Shown one piece after another: positions 8,832-19,869 of a stretch of 43,077 nt of DNA. The notes under the pieces were generated by a model. It made no database searches and was not told where the DNA came from. It saw nothing but the letters and a program-made list of their open reading frames with translations. A program made the position numbers and the translations under genes. This DNA comes from Hydrurus foetidus (Eukaryota): NCBI GenBank assembly GCA_900617105.1, contig UYFQ01000011.1:62001-105077 (forward strand), written 5' to 3'. Within the stretch, counting starts at the first letter, position 1, and every line of letters begins with the position of its first letter.

Positions 8832-10571
8832 ATGAAAATTCTCAGTCGACTGCCCCGCTGGACCGCCAGTTTCAAAATTGGAGCTCAACTCCTGGTCGCA
8901 TTTACCTTGCTCATTGTGTTGACTGCAGCCCTGGGCGGCTACGCAATTCTGCAAATGTCGAAGGTAAAAAGTGCTTCCGATGCCTTGAACAACCACTGGA
9001 TGCCCGCCATTGGCCACACCACCACGATCCGCGCGAGTTTGATAGACCTGCGGGACCTGCAAGTGAAACACGTGACCGCGGCAGATGTAGGCTACATGAA
9101 TGAGTATGAAGAGAAAATGAAAGCACTGTCCATCACCGTTGAAAAACACCTGGTGGAATACCAGCCTTTGATAACGGATGCGCAGGACAAGACTGAGTTT
9201 GACAATTTCACCAAGTCATGGAAAGCATTTCTGGATGTCAACCAAAAAGTCGTATCCCTGGGCCGTGCCGGAAAGCGGGACGATGCCAAAGATATTGGCG
9301 ATGGCGCAGCAAAGTCAGCGCTAGACGATTCGTTGCTGGTAGTGGACAAGCTCACGCAGCAAAATTTTGCAGGTGGTGATCGGGATGTCGCCATCGCGGA
9401 ACAGGTATACAAAAACTCAAAATTTGGCACCCTGGTTTTACTGGGGTCGGCCATCGTCATCGGCGCGCTTTTGGCGCTGACCATTACCAGTGGCATGTTG
9501 CGCCAACTCGGCGGGGAGCCCGCCTATGCCGCAGCTATCACCCGGCGCATTGCCGCTGGCGATTTGACAGTCGATGTCAACCTTAAAAGCCAGGATGACT
9601 CCAGCCTGTTGTTTGAAATCAAGTCCTTGCGAGAAAACTTTGCTGGAATCGTGAGCCAGGTTCGAAGCCGCTCTGAGGGGGTTGCAACCGCCAGCGCCGA
9701 AATTGCCCAGGGCAACAACGACCTGTCTGCCCGCACGGAGCAACAAGCCAGTGCGCTTGAGCAAACCGCTGCCTCGATGGAGGAACTCGGCTCCACCGTC
9801 AAACAAAACGCCGATTCCGCCCGTACCGCAAACCAGCTCGCCCAGAGTGCCTCCACCGTGGCCATTCAGGGCGGAGAAGTTGTTGGCCAGGTGGTAGAGA
9901 CCATGAAAGGCATCAACGAGTCCAGCCGCAAGATTGCAGACATCATCAGCGTGATTGATGGCATTGCCTTCCAGACCAACATTCTCGCCCTGAACGCAGC
10001 GGTAGAGGCTGCAAGAGCCGGCGAACAGGGTAGAGGCTTTGCAGTGGTGGCTTCTGAGGTCCGCTCCCTTGCCGGGCGCTCGGCGGAGGCTGCCAAGGAA
10101 ATCAAGAGCCTCATCAGCGCCAGCGTCGAGCGGGTGGAACAAGGCACCGCCCTGGTGGACAAGGCGGGTGCCACCATGACCGAGGTGGTCAGCTCCATCC
10201 GCCGGGTGACCGACATCATGGGTGAGATCAGCGCGGCCAGCAGCGAGCAGTCTCTGGGGGTCAGCCAGGTGGGAGAAGCCGTCAGCCAGATGGACCAGGC
10301 CACGCAGCAGAATGCCGCGCTGGTGGAAGAGATGGCAGCCGCTGCGAGTAGCTTGAAATCCCAGGCGGATGAAATGGTGGAGACCGTTGCAATCTTCAAG
10401 GTTGGAACCAACCACGGTACGGTTGGAAAGACGGTACGCCAAGGTTCGATTGTGAACACGCAATTCAAAGGAACAGAGCGCCGCACGCTGGAGGCACAGC
10501 CAACCAAACCAAAGCAGCCGCCTGCCCCTCTTGCCAGCAAAGTGGTCTCACTGCCCAAAGCATTTGGCTGA
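8832..10571 (+). CDS. Methyl-accepting chemotaxis protein (4HB sensor)
   Basis: Two TM helices, HAMP-like linker, '[30 protein letters not shown]'. Confidence 0.93.
   Translation: MKILSRLPRWTASFKIGAQLLVAFTLLIVLTAALGGYAILQMSKVKSASDALNNHWMPAIGHTTTIRASLIDLRDLQVKHVTAADVGYMNEYEEKMKALSITVEKHLVEYQPLITDAQDKTEFDNFTKSWKAFLDVNQKVVSLGRAGKRDDAKDIGDGAAKSALDDSLLVVDKLTQQNFAGGDRDVAIAEQVYKNSKFGTLVLLGSAIVIGALLALTITSGMLRQLGGEPAYAAAITRRIAAGDLTVDVNLKSQDDSSLLFEIKSLRENFAGIVSQVRSRSEGVATASAEIAQGNNDLSARTEQQASALEQTAASMEELGSTVKQNADSARTANQLAQSASTVAIQGGEVVGQVVETMKGINESSRKIADIISVIDGIAFQTNILALNAAVEAARAGEQGRGFAVVASEVRSLAGRSAEAAKEIKSLISASVERVEQGTALVDKAGATMTEVVSSIRRVTDIMGEISAASSEQSLGVSQVGEAVSQMDQATQQNAALVEEMAAAASSLKSQADEMVETVAIFKVGTNHGTVGKTVRQGSIVNTQFKGTERRTLEAQPTKPKQPPAPLASKVVSLPKAFG
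9696..10324 (+). repeat. 629-bp direct repeat, MCP signalling domain copy 1
   Basis: Appears identical to 11643-12271 (offset 1947); translations in sense and antisense frames match. Confidence 0.9.
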
Positions 10572-10802
10572 CCAACCGTCCCCTATTAGAGATGAGGCGA
10601 TGGCACAGGTAAAGCGACAGCTTGCAAGGTTCCGTATGGGCGAACGAATTCATTTTTAATTGGGAATTTTCATTGGCTGCGCTGCGGCCATGAAACCCGC
10701 GTCGCTATTGGCTTGCAAGCCTTTGACTACTCAATAAACCGGACACCACTGATTCCAAGTCAGCCACCACAACCACAAACCAGGGCAACCAAGGAAACCA
10801 CC

Positions 10803-12416
10803 ATGCAATCCCACCCCCGTTACACCGTCGGGCAACTGATGTTCTTTTTCAGTGCTGCCTTGATCACTGCGCTGTTCCTGCTGGCGCTGCTGGTGACCAT
10901 CAAGATGAATGATGTCCGTGACCAGGCGGCCCTGGTCGGCAGCACCCGTGCGCCACAGTTGCTGCGCGTGGGCGAGTTGGAACTGAACGTCACCCGCGCC
11001 TCGCTGCAATTGCGCCATGCCATGCTGGCGCGCACCCCGGCCGAACGCGATGCTGCGTTGGCCGATGTGAACGAAAAGGCCAAGTTCCTGCAAAGCAAGC
11101 TGGATGAGTTTAGCAAAGGCATGACCACGCCCGCTGGCAAAAAGGCTTTCGAGCCCATGCCCGAGCTGATGAATTCCTTCCTAGCCTTGGCCGGTGACAA
11201 CGTCAAACAGATACAGGAGGGGAAAAAGGAAGAAGCCTTCGCCTTCCTGGCCGACAAGCTGGTTCCTGCGCGCAATCAGTTGCTCGGGCCCCTGGCTGCA
11301 GAAAAGAAGCGCCAGAACGAGCGTTTGTCCGAGGAACTGGACCAGGCTGCAGCCACGGCTGCTACCGTGCGCAATCTGGTGGATGGTCTGATGCTGGCGT
11401 TTGCCGCGGGGCTGATCGGCTTTTGCCTCTGGCTGAAACGGGTGTTGGGCCAATTGGGCGCCGAACCGTGGCAGCTCAAGCGTGTGGCCGATGCCGTAGC
11501 CGCCGGTGACCTGGCCACGCCCATCACGCTGCGCGCCAACGACAAGGTCAGCATCATGGCGGCGCTGAAGGGCATGTCAGACAACTTGTCCACTACCGTG
11601 CAGGCGGTGCGCCAGAACGCCGAAAGCGTGGCCACCGCATCGGCCGAAATTGCCCAGGGCAACAACGACCTGTCTGCCCGCACGGAGCAACAAGCCAGTG
11701 CGCTTGAGCAAACCGCTGCCTCGATGGAGGAACTCGGCTCCACCGTCAAACAAAACGCCGATTCCGCCCGTACCGCAAACCAGCTCGCCCAGAGTGCCTC
11801 CACCGTGGCCATTCAGGGCGGAGAAGTTGTTGGCCAGGTGGTAGAGACCATGAAAGGCATCAACGAGTCCAGCCGCAAGATTGCAGACATCATCAGCGTG
11901 ATTGATGGCATTGCCTTCCAGACCAACATTCTCGCCCTGAACGCAGCGGTAGAGGCTGCAAGAGCCGGCGAACAGGGTAGAGGCTTTGCAGTGGTGGCTT
12001 CTGAGGTCCGCTCCCTTGCCGGGCGCTCGGCGGAGGCTGCCAAGGAAATCAAGAGCCTCATCAGCGCCAGCGTCGAGCGGGTGGAACAAGGCACCGCCCT
12101 GGTGGACAAGGCGGGTGCCACCATGACCGAGGTGGTCAGCTCCATCCGCCGGGTGACCGACATCATGGGTGAGATCAGCGCGGCCAGCAGCGAGCAGTCT
12201 CTGGGGGTCAGCCAGGTGGGAGAAGCCGTCAGCCAGATGGACCAGGCCACGCAGCAGAATGCCGCGCTGGTAGAAGAGATGGCAGCCGCCGCGAGCAGCT
12301 TGAAATCCCAAGCCGAAGACCTGGTGCAGGTGGTGGCGGTGTTTGAGCTGACCGACAACCCGCTGCGGGCCGCGCCGGTCGCACGCACCCGCACCACTGT
12401 GCTGTTGGCGAGATGA
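10803..12416 (+). CDS. Methyl-accepting chemotaxis protein (4HB sensor)
   Basis: AAGGAA RBS before ATG 10803; TM-4HB-TM architecture; MCP signalling hairpin. Confidence 0.92.
   Translation: MQSHPRYTVGQLMFFFSAALITALFLLALLVTIKMNDVRDQAALVGSTRAPQLLRVGELELNVTRASLQLRHAMLARTPAERDAALADVNEKAKFLQSKLDEFSKGMTTPAGKKAFEPMPELMNSFLALAGDNVKQIQEGKKEEAFAFLADKLVPARNQLLGPLAAEKKRQNERLSEELDQAAATAATVRNLVDGLMLAFAAGLIGFCLWLKRVLGQLGAEPWQLKRVADAVAAGDLATPITLRANDKVSIMAALKGMSDNLSTTVQAVRQNAESVATASAEIAQGNNDLSARTEQQASALEQTAASMEELGSTVKQNADSARTANQLAQSASTVAIQGGEVVGQVVETMKGINESSRKIADIISVIDGIAFQTNILALNAAVEAARAGEQGRGFAVVASEVRSLAGRSAEAAKEIKSLISASVERVEQGTALVDKAGATMTEVVSSIRRVTDIMGEISAASSEQSLGVSQVGEAVSQMDQATQQNAALVEEMAAAASSLKSQAEDLVQVVAVFELTDNPLRAAPVARTRTTVLLAR
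11643..12271 (+). repeat. 629-bp direct repeat, MCP signalling domain copy 2
   Basis: Appears identical to 9696-10324. Confidence 0.9.
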
Positions 12417-15130
12417 CACAGCAAAACGCCGTCACGAAGCCACAGCCGCGCTTGCACCTTGCCGAGTGGCTGGGTCTGTGGGCACTGCTACTGGCGTTGG
12501 GCGGCTATATCGCCTACTCCGAATATCTGAACTACCAGCAAATCGACTCCAGTGAGCGCGTGCACCTCACCAGCCAGGCAAAGGTGGTCGAAAGGACCCT
12601 CGCAGCACAGTTGCATGCAGACGACCAGGCACTGCAAGGGCTGCGCAGGGAGCTGGCACGCAGGCGGTCAAATGGTGCGGGGGCACACACGATGGACAAG
12701 CACTTGAAAGAGTTGTCCAAAACGCTGACAGGCATCTCGGCCATTTTTGTTACCAACGCCAGTGGCCAAATCATTCACACAAGTGTGGCGAGCCTGGTTG
12801 GTTACGACGTCTCCGGGCAGGGCTTCTTTCGACAGGCTTTGAAGCAGCACAGCCCCGCCACGCTGTTTGTCGTGCCACCCTTTGCCATCGCAACGGGAGA
12901 AGTGCCGATTTCGCTGGTGCGTGAAGTATCCAATGCCCGTGGCGAGTTTGACGGCGTGGTGCTGGCCGCGCTCGACCCGGTCTTTTATGGTGTCTTGCTG
13001 GAATCGATCCGTTTTACCCCGGACACCACCACCGTGCTGGCGCACGGTGACGGCAAAATCCTTGTGGCTGCGCCCGTTGACGCGACACAACTCGGCAAAG
13101 ACCTGGCGGTACCCAGCAGCTTTTTTACGCAACACAAGACCAGCGGGCGGGCGGCCAGCATCTTCAACGGCGTGACTTACCAGACGGGCGATGTCAGGAT
13201 CGTGGCATATCAAACGGTGCAGCCACCTGAATTGGCAATGGACAAGCCTTTGATGGTGGCCGTGATGCGTGTTCCGGCGGCGATCCATGCCGGTTGGCTT
13301 GGTAGAGCCACACGGATGGCCTGGCTGTACGCCGGTCTATGCGCGATGGTCTGCACAGCCCTGTTTTTGCACCAACGCCGCCGCCGGGTGCTCCAACGCC
13401 TGGACCGCGCCAAGGAGAGCGACCTGCAGTACACCCAAGCCTTGCTGGTGGATACCGAAAGAATAGGACGAGTTGGCGGCTGGGAGATTGACGTTCAAAC
13501 CCGGCAGACGACCTGGACGCAAGGGGTTTACGACATCTACGAACTGGATACCAACGTCCGGCTGACGGTGGATCAGGATATCAGTTACTACACGCCCGCG
13601 TCGCAGCCGGTTATCGAGCAGGCCGTGCAGCGCGCGATCGAGCAGGGTGAGCCGTTTGATCTGGAATTGGAGATCATCAGCGCCAAAGGTAACCGGCGCA
13701 GTGTTCATACAGTGGGAGTGGCGGATCGGGCACGCGGCAAAGTCTCAGGCTTTTTTCAGGACATCACCGAGCGCAAAACGGCCGAACAAAAAATTAACTC
13801 GCTGGCTTTCTACGACCAGCTCACCGGCCTGCCCAACCGGATCTTGCTGGCAGACCGGCTCAAGCAGACCATCACGGCCAGCAACCGCAACAGCACTATT
13901 GGTGCCCTGCTGTTCATTGATCTGGACCATTTCAAGACACTCAATGACACCCAGGGCCACGACATGGGTGACTTGCAACTCAAGCAAGTGGCCACACGCT
14001 TGTCCACTTGCGTGCGCGAGGGTGACACAGTGGCCCGCGTTGGCGGTGACGAGTTTGTGGTGATTCTGGCTGGCCTGAGCGAGATCGAGATCGACGCCGC
14101 CACCGACACCGAAGCCGTGGCCGTGAAAATTCTTGCCGCACTCAGCCAGCCCTACCAAATGGACCACGTCACACACCGCAGCAGCGCCAGCATCGGTGCC
14201 ACCCTGTTTCGGGGTACGGGCACCAACATCGACGACCTGATGAAGCAATCCGATATTGCCATGTACCGGGCCAAGGACGCCGGGCGTAACGCTGTGCGCT
14301 TCTTTGACCCCAGTATGGAGATGGCCGTTGTGCAACGTGCCGCCCTCGAAAAAGACTTACGCAACGCACTAGCGCAAAAGCAGTTTGTGCTGCACTACCA
14401 GGCGCAGGTGGAAGGTGCTGGTGGCGTGAATGGCGCTGAAGCGCTGGTGCGTTGGCACCATCCGCAGCGGGGCTTGGTGTCGCCGGCTGAGTTCATACCC
14501 TTGGCGGAAGAGACCGGCGTGATTTTGGCGCTGGGCCATTGGGTGCTGGCGACAGCGTGTAGTCAGTTGGAGAAATGGGCGCATGTGCCGAGCATGGCGC
14601 ATCTCACTCTGGCGGTAAATGTCAGTGCAGTGCAGTTCGCGCAAAATGACTTTGTGGAACAGGTGATGTCGGCGGTGCAGCGCGCCGGTATCAACCCCCA
14701 GCGCCTGAAGCTAGAGCTTACCGAAGGGCTGCTGGTGGCCAACGTGGACGACACCATTGTGAAGATGAAGTCGTTGAAGGCCAGCGGCATCGGTTTCTCT
14801 CTGGATGACTTTGGAACCGGCTATTCGTCGCTTGCGTACCTGAGCCGCCTGCCGCTGGACCAACTGAAGATCGATAAATCCTTTGTCAACAACTTGGTGA
14901 CCAGCCCGGTCGATGCCGCGATTGCCACAACCATCATCGCACTGGCACAAAGTCTGCACCTGGGCGTAATCGCCGAGGGAGTTGAAACCGATGCACAGCG
15001 CGAATTTCTGGCCAACGCGGGCTGCCACGCCTGCCAAGGCTACTTGCTTAGCAGACCGCTGCCGCTGGAGGGCTTTGAGGCGTTTGTGCGAGGTACCTCA
15101 CTGCCGACCACTGCGCCGGCAGTCACTTAG
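12413..15130 (+). CDS. Membrane-bound dCache-PAS-GGDEF-EAL diguanylate cyclase/phosphodiesterase
   Basis: TM-periplasmic-TM, PAS, '[10 protein letters not shown]', 'GGDEF', 'EALVRW', 'DDFGTGYSS'. Confidence 0.92.
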   Translation: MTQQNAVTKPQPRLHLAEWLGLWALLLALGGYIAYSEYLNYQQIDSSERVHLTSQAKVVERTLAAQLHADDQALQGLRRELARRRSNGAGAHTMDKHLKELSKTLTGISAIFVTNASGQIIHTSVASLVGYDVSGQGFFRQALKQHSPATLFVVPPFAIATGEVPISLVREVSNARGEFDGVVLAALDPVFYGVLLESIRFTPDTTTVLAHGDGKILVAAPVDATQLGKDLAVPSSFFTQHKTSGRAASIFNGVTYQTGDVRIVAYQTVQPPELAMDKPLMVAVMRVPAAIHAGWLGRATRMAWLYAGLCAMVCTALFLHQRRRRVLQRLDRAKESDLQYTQALLVDTERIGRVGGWEIDVQTRQTTWTQGVYDIYELDTNVRLTVDQDISYYTPASQPVIEQAVQRAIEQGEPFDLELEIISAKGNRRSVHTVGVADRARGKVSGFFQDITERKTAEQKINSLAFYDQLTGLPNRILLADRLKQTITASNRNSTIGALLFIDLDHFKTLNDTQGHDMGDLQLKQVATRLSTCVREGDTVARVGGDEFVVILAGLSEIEIDAATDTEAVAVKILAALSQPYQMDHVTHRSSASIGATLFRGTGTNIDDLMKQSDIAMYRAKDAGRNAVRFFDPSMEMAVVQRAALEKDLRNALAQKQFVLHYQAQVEGAGGVNGAEALVRWHHPQRGLVSPAEFIPLAEETGVILALGHWVLATACSQLEKWAHVPSMAHLTLAVNVSAVQFAQNDFVEQVMSAVQRAGINPQRLKLELTEGLLVANVDDTIVKMKSLKASGIGFSLDDFGTGYSSLAYLSRLPLDQLKIDKSFVNNLVTSPVDAAIATTIIALAQSLHLGVIAEGVETDAQREFLANAGCHACQGYLLSRPLPLEGFEAFVRGTSLPTTAPAVT
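13464..13776 (+). repeat. PAS module copy 2
   Basis: About 91% identical to 6378-6690. Confidence 0.9.
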
Positions 15131-16311
15131 GGAAACTCTGCATAACCCCGCTGATTGTGTGCTCGAAGTAAGCGCGGCCTGAAAAAATCCTCGTCATGAA
15201 ACAAGCCAGCCTGAAACTCAATCTGAACGTTAAGAAAACGCGCAAGCAAGTGTTCTTGGATGAGATGGAGCAAGAGATTCCGTGGGCCGAGTTGGTCGAA
15301 CTCATCGAACCGCATTACCCAGAAGGCAAGACCGGGCGACCACCGTTTTCCCTGCAAACCATGTTGCGCGTTCATTTCATGCAGCAATGGATCACGCTGT
15401 CCGATCCAGGCATGGAAGAAGCCTTCTTTGATACGCCGCTGTACCGGGAGTTTGCCCAGCTGGAGGAGTTTGGCCGCCTGCCCGACGAGAGCACCATCCT
15501 GCGCTTTAGGCACCGGCTGGAGAAGCACAAGCTGGCCGAGAAAATCCTCAGCGTAGTGAATGACATCTTGATTCAGCGCGGACTGATGCTCAAGACTGGA
15601 ACAGTGGTGGACGCCACCTTGATTGCAGCCCCCTCATCGACCAAGAACAAGGACCACAAGCGCGACCCCGACATGCATTCGAGCAAGAAGGGTGAGCAGA
15701 TGTACTTCGGCATGAAGGCCCACATTGGCGCAGACGCTGAGTCGGGCTTGGTGCACACGGTTCGTGGCACCTCGGGCAACGTGAGTGATGTAACCGAGGG
15801 CAACAGTTTGCTGCATGGTGAAGAGACGGTTGCATTCGGCGATGCTGGATACCAGGGGATCGAAAAGCGCCCCGATGCCAATACAGAAGTTGTATGGCAC
15901 ATCGCCATGCGACCGGGCAAGCGCCGGGCCTTGAACAAGGAAAACGCAGCAGATGCCTTGATTGACAAAGCCGAGAAGATCAAGGCCGGTATCCGGGCCG
16001 AAGTGGAGCATCCGTTTCGGGTGATCAAGCGCCAGTTCGGATATGTGAAGGTGCGCTACCGGGGATTGAAGAAGAACACCGCCCAACTCGTCACCTTGTT
16101 TGCACTCTCGAATTTGTGGATGGTGCGCGGCAAGCTGATGGAGGTGCGGGGATGAGTGCGCTTGAGACCCAGGGTAATGCCCCGCAAGGGCCCAAACCAG
16201 CCCAATGGGTGCGAAAAACGGTGCCGCCTTTGAGAGCTTGCGCGTCAAATCCCGCTATTTGAAAATTACAGACTCGCTACCTGAATTGGCAGCGAGTTAT
16301 TCAGACGATCC
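15131..16311 (+). mobile_element. IS5-family insertion sequence
   Basis: IRL GGAAACTCTGCATAAC vs IRR (rc) GGATCGTCTGAATAAC, 12/16; flanks TTAG and TTAA (YTAR-type targets). Confidence 0.88.
15196..16155 (+). CDS. IS5-family DDE transposase
   Basis: 'VDATLIAAPSSTKN', 'FGMKAHIG', 'GDAGYQG', 'VEHPFRVIKRQFGY.KVRYRGL.KN'. Confidence 0.95.
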   Translation: MKQASLKLNLNVKKTRKQVFLDEMEQEIPWAELVELIEPHYPEGKTGRPPFSLQTMLRVHFMQQWITLSDPGMEEAFFDTPLYREFAQLEEFGRLPDESTILRFRHRLEKHKLAEKILSVVNDILIQRGLMLKTGTVVDATLIAAPSSTKNKDHKRDPDMHSSKKGEQMYFGMKAHIGADAESGLVHTVRGTSGNVSDVTEGNSLLHGEETVAFGDAGYQGIEKRPDANTEVVWHIAMRPGKRRALNKENAADALIDKAEKIKAGIRAEVEHPFRVIKRQFGYVKVRYRGLKKNTAQLVTLFALSNLWMVRGKLMEVRG

Positions 16312-16554
16312 TTAAGGCTGGGCTCAATCCTTTTGAATATGGAACCCATTGCCAATGTCTCGCTGTTGGCCTCGCTTGGTGCCGCCATCAAATCACTTGA
16401 TACTGGACGTGTTACCCAACTCCATACGAATCTTGGCGGTGTGGAACGCAGCTCCGAATCGATCGGCTGAACGAAAACTTAGATTTAGCTGGACTACCCG
16501 GAAGCGGCTACTCGTTTCGGGCGGCTCCCGCTGCTTATGTAAATCTTTTCATAA

Positions 16555-16968
16555 GCGGCGTTATGCAAAGATGTCAGTTATGAGAAGTTGTGCGTAGACA
16601 TGTGTCGGACGCCCTTCGTACGAGGGTTGTTCGCCTCCCTCAAGAGCTTTTCATAATCACGCCTGGTTCAGGGAATCAATCCACCCGCCGGAAGCCCGAA
16701 ATCATATGGCCTATCTGTCCGGATTTTTCCGTTCTTTGAGTGGTTTTCCATGACTACACAGATGTTCTTGGTTATCACGCGTGCCGTGTCTGGAGTGGCA
16801 TCCAGTCACGCAGGTTCGATGCAAAGGCAAAACAGTGGATGCCATCCGGCAGCCGGAATTATGTAAAGCGCGATCCCTCCGAAATTCGGAAAACACCAGC
16901 ATTTACGCGGCCTCCCGAGCCATAGAGCGCCCAAATTTTTCATAACTGACATCTTTGCATAACGCTGC
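16555..16968. mobile_element. 414-bp non-autonomous element with 32-bp terminal inverted repeats, RIT-like
   Basis: GCGGCGTTATGCAAAGATGTCAGTTATGAGAA (16555-16586) vs rc of 16937-16968, 30/32; paired TTATG motifs; no recombinase ORF inside. Confidence 0.65.
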
Positions 16969-17105
16969 ATCAGAGACATACGCGTTGCCAAACTCTACGT
17001 TGGCAATGGGCACGAAGGAGTCCGCGACCAAAGTCGGCTCTCGGACTGGGTAGCTGTGAAATGCCGAAACCAGCCGAAATATTTTCGCAATAAAGTAACA
17101 CTGAG

Positions 17106-17597
17106 CTGGGTCAAAGTCCCCCGAAACAATTCTTCCATCGTTAGTAACTTGTTTTGGTTGTCCAGGAACAGCACCGCAAATACCTCATGCGCTTTGCCAC
17201 TGAGGTGCAGTTGCAGGTAGTGCTTGACGGCCTGCGGGTCGGCAAACACCTCACGCTCCTGCAGGCGCTGCGCCATGGCACGGCGGGCAAGTTCGAGCAC
17301 CGCCACAATCTCGGCCCGTTTGGCTGGCCCCAGGCCCTTGACGCGTTTGAGGTCATCGGCGGTAGCATTCAGCAGGCCGGCCATGCCTCCAAACCCGCCC
17401 TGGCCCGCGTCCGCATTGCGCGCGGCGCTATTGTTTTTGAGTTGCAGCAGCTCGTCCGCCATCTGCAGCACACCCTTGCCGGCAATGCCGGTGCGCAGCA
17501 AAATGGCCAGCAGCTCGGCGTCGCTGAGCGCGCCGGGGCCGCGCGCAAGTAATTTCTCGCGCGGGCGGGCTTCCAGGGGCAGGTCTTTGAGCGGCAT
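17106..17597 (-). pseudogene. radC: radC 5' fragment (codons 1-164), truncated before the JAB catalytic motif
   Basis: Near-identical to 3875-4366 at protein level up to 'FRGTLTQ', then unrelated sequence to the stop at 16995; lacks HNHPSG. Confidence 0.9.
17389..17443 (-). repeat. Dispersed motif copy in-frame in the truncated radC
   Basis: AACTC-AAAAACA-ATAGC-GCCGCGC-GCA-ATGCGGAC-GCGGGCCAG...TTTGG. Confidence 0.55.
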
Positions 17598-17610
17598 GGC
17601 TGTGGTTCTT

Positions 17611-19356
17611 TTACTTTTGCAGCTTCAGGCTGACAAAGCGCGGCCCCACCGGGCGCAGGCCGTCGATGCCACCCAGGTTCAGCCCGGCGCTGAGGACCAT
17701 GTACAGCGTCTTGCCCTGGAACTGCTCCAGCGGCAGCGCAGTGCCCTTGTCTACCGACACATCGAACACGCGGCGTGACTCGCGCACATATTCGTGGCTA
17801 CCGGCGCGCAACTCATGGAAATCCTTGCGGCTGGCGCTGTCGGTTTGCAGCGTGAAGAGCACCCCGGGGCACAGGTCGTCGGCCTTGGCGGTGGCGGGGC
17901 AGGGCTGGCCCACCAGCAGGTCGTACGAATCTTCGGACGGCGGCTCGGCCAGCGCCCCTGATGAAAACGGGTGGAACAGCGGGTTGCGCCGGTCGCCCCG
18001 GCGCACTTCGTCCGACCAGGCCTTTTCAAACGAGGCCCCCACGTCGACAGCTGTGGATTCGCCGGGTTTGAGCTCCAGCACCAGTTTGAAGGGTGCAGCC
18101 TTGATCGTCAGGGCGGCGCCGTCTTTCAACGGGAAGCGCTGCTTGCCCTGCTCCAGAAAGGCGTTGTAGCGGTATTCGGGCGAGGTCTGGGCGGCGCTCA
18201 CCATGGTCTGCTCGGCCCAGGCGATGAAGTCTTTGTCTTCTGTGGCCTGGGCAGCGGCATACAGGTGGGCGGGCACACCGGGCGTGGCATTGCCGCGGTC
18301 GGCAAAGGGCAGCACGCTGGCGCCGCGGGCGATCAGCCAGTTCACCATGTCTTTGTGGTGGTTCACTGCGGCCTGGTAGATCGGGGTGTGGGGCACCTGC
18401 GTCACGCCGTCGGGTGAGGCACCGGCCTTCACCAGTGCTTCGGCACTGCCCAGCCGACCCTGGCCCACGGCGGCGGCGAGCGGCGTGTCGTTGGCGGCCT
18501 GGTGGCGGCTGTCCACCGTGTCGGGCTTGGCGCCGCGGTCCAGCAGCCACTGGGTCCAGTCCTGCGCCTTTTTCTCATCAGGCATGCCCTGCGCCAGGTG
18601 CAGGGCGCAGCCCAACAGGCCGCACTGGTTGATGTTGGCGCCATGGTCCAGCAGGGCGCTGACCAGTTCGCGACGCCCGGTGAGGACGGCGCGCGTTAGC
18701 GGGGTAAAAAAGTCGCCGTACTCCACGTTGGGCGATAAGTCTGGCGCAATGGCGCTGATGGACTGGGGCGTCAGTGCCCGCCAGTAGGCCACGCGGGCCC
18801 GTTCGGCGGGGTCGGCCAACAACACATCGGGCGCGGGCAGCAGGCCCTTGGCAACCCAGTCGCGGGCGTCTTTCTCGAAGTCGGCGCCGGTACGCAGCGG
18901 CGCAGCGCTGCTCACACGCACCAGCCCCACCACCAGCCAACCATTGGTGCCGCGGTTGGTATAGGGGATGAGCGCGCTTTTCTCGCCCGGCACATACAGG
19001 TTGACCAGAGCCAGGCGAATGGGCTTGGGCACTGCGATCAGGTTGGCCGCGGTGATGGCGTTGGGGCTGCGCACACCGCTAACGCGGGCCAAGCGCGCGC
19101 GGCTGATATCGGCGTAGAACAGCCACTTGAATTCATAGGCATTGAGGCCGGCCGTGTGCTGGGCGGCGTCCCACAGGGCCTGCCACTGGGTTTCGCTCCA
19201 GACCGGGGCGGGTGCCGCAGCAGAAGGGGCAGGCGGGAGGGAGGCTGGGGGGTTAGCTGCGGCGCCGGTTTGGGCATGGGCCAGGCCGGTAAACAACCCC
19301 CCATACAAGGCCGATACAAGCGCCAGCGTCCCCACCAGGGGGCGGACAAAGGTCAT
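17611..19356 (-). CDS. Exported ankyrin-repeat protein
   Basis: Signal peptide ending AHA-Q; ankyrin repeats '[22 protein letters not shown]', 'TPLAAAV.QGR...AE.LVKAGA', 'TPIYQAA...[10 protein letters not shown]'. Confidence 0.75.
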   Translation of the reverse strand: MTFVRPLVGTLALVSALYGGLFTGLAHAQTGAAANPPASLPPAPSAAAPAPVWSETQWQALWDAAQHTAGLNAYEFKWLFYADISRARLARVSGVRSPNAITAANLIAVPKPIRLALVNLYVPGEKSALIPYTNRGTNGWLVVGLVRVSSAAPLRTGADFEKDARDWVAKGLLPAPDVLLADPAERARVAYWRALTPQSISAIAPDLSPNVEYGDFFTPLTRAVLTGRRELVSALLDHGANINQCGLLGCALHLAQGMPDEKKAQDWTQWLLDRGAKPDTVDSRHQAANDTPLAAAVGQGRLGSAEALVKAGASPDGVTQVPHTPIYQAAVNHHKDMVNWLIARGASVLPFADRGNATPGVPAHLYAAAQATEDKDFIAWAEQTMVSAAQTSPEYRYNAFLEQGKQRFPLKDGAALTIKAAPFKLVLELKPGESTAVDVGASFEKAWSDEVRRGDRRNPLFHPFSSGALAEPPSEDSYDLLVGQPCPATAKADDLCPGVLFTLQTDSASRKDFHELRAGSHEYVRESRRVFDVSVDKGTALPLEQFQGKTLYMVLSAGLNLGGIDGLRPVGPRFVSLKLQK

Positions 19357-19401
19357 GGTGGTCAAGCTTTCTACAATAGAGCCCAGTTTATCGGGACTTT
19401 T

Positions 19402-19869
19402 ATGACCAGTACGATCCCCCGCGTCCAAGCGGGCTCCTTCCTCACCTTGCACTACCGCCTGGGCGGCCCGGCTGGGGACATCATCAACACCTTCACGGGC
19501 AAGCCCGCCACGCTGAGCCTGGGCACGGGGGAGTTGTCCCCCGCGGTGGAAGCCTGCCTGATGGACATGGAAGAGGGAGCGCGTGCCACATTCGAGCTGC
19601 CCGCAGGGGCCGCATTTGGCGAGCGCAACCCCGACATGCAGCAGTGGCTGGCGCGCAAGGTGCTGCGCGATATGGGCGATCCGCACGAGACCTACAGCAT
19701 TGGTGATGTGGTGCAGTTCCCCACGCCCGATGGCCAAGGCCAGTTTGCGGGTGTGGTGCTGCAGCTGAGGAAGGACGAAGGGAAGGGCGAGTCTGTGCTG
19801 TTCGATTTCAACCACCCGCTGGCCGGCCAGCCGGTGTCCTTCGAAGTGCAACTGATTGGGGTGCTATGA
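19402..19869 (+). CDS. fkpB: FKBP-type peptidyl-prolyl isomerase (SlpA/FkpB)
   Basis: 'FLTLHYRL', 'FDFNHPLAG'; conserved position upstream of ispH. Confidence 0.9.
   Translation: MTSTIPRVQAGSFLTLHYRLGGPAGDIINTFTGKPATLSLGTGELSPAVEACLMDMEEGARATFELPAGAAFGERNPDMQQWLARKVLRDMGDPHETYSIGDVVQFPTPDGQGQFAGVVLQLRKDEGKGESVLFDFNHPLAGQPVSFEVQLIGVL

Larger units (their letters stand above)
3875..17105. mobile_element. Genomic island inserted in radC (13,231 bp between equivalent positions of the two radC 5' copies); no integrase retained
   Basis: Direct duplication of radC codons 1-164 at 3875-4366 and 17106-17597; accessory signalling genes, IS5 and an IR-bounded remnant lie between. Confidence 0.75.

Noticed and set aside
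6378..13776. Diversity-generating retroelement TR/VR pair suggested by the near-identical repeats
   Set aside because: Mismatches are not adenine-specific, both copies are coding, and there is no reverse transcriptase in the window
16345..17010. Outer 14-bp inverted repeat CCCATTGCCAA(T/C)GT at 16345 and 16997-17010
   Set aside because: Short, asymmetric around the inner element and without target duplication; could be chance
16995..17105. Functional alternative C-terminus for the second RadC
   Set aside because: No JAB motif and no recognisable similarity; fortuitous read-through past the junction
19357..19851. N-terminal 165 aa of the 746-aa minus-strand ORF
   Set aside because: It is antisense to fkpB; a signal peptide begins at ATG 19356, so the real gene is shorter
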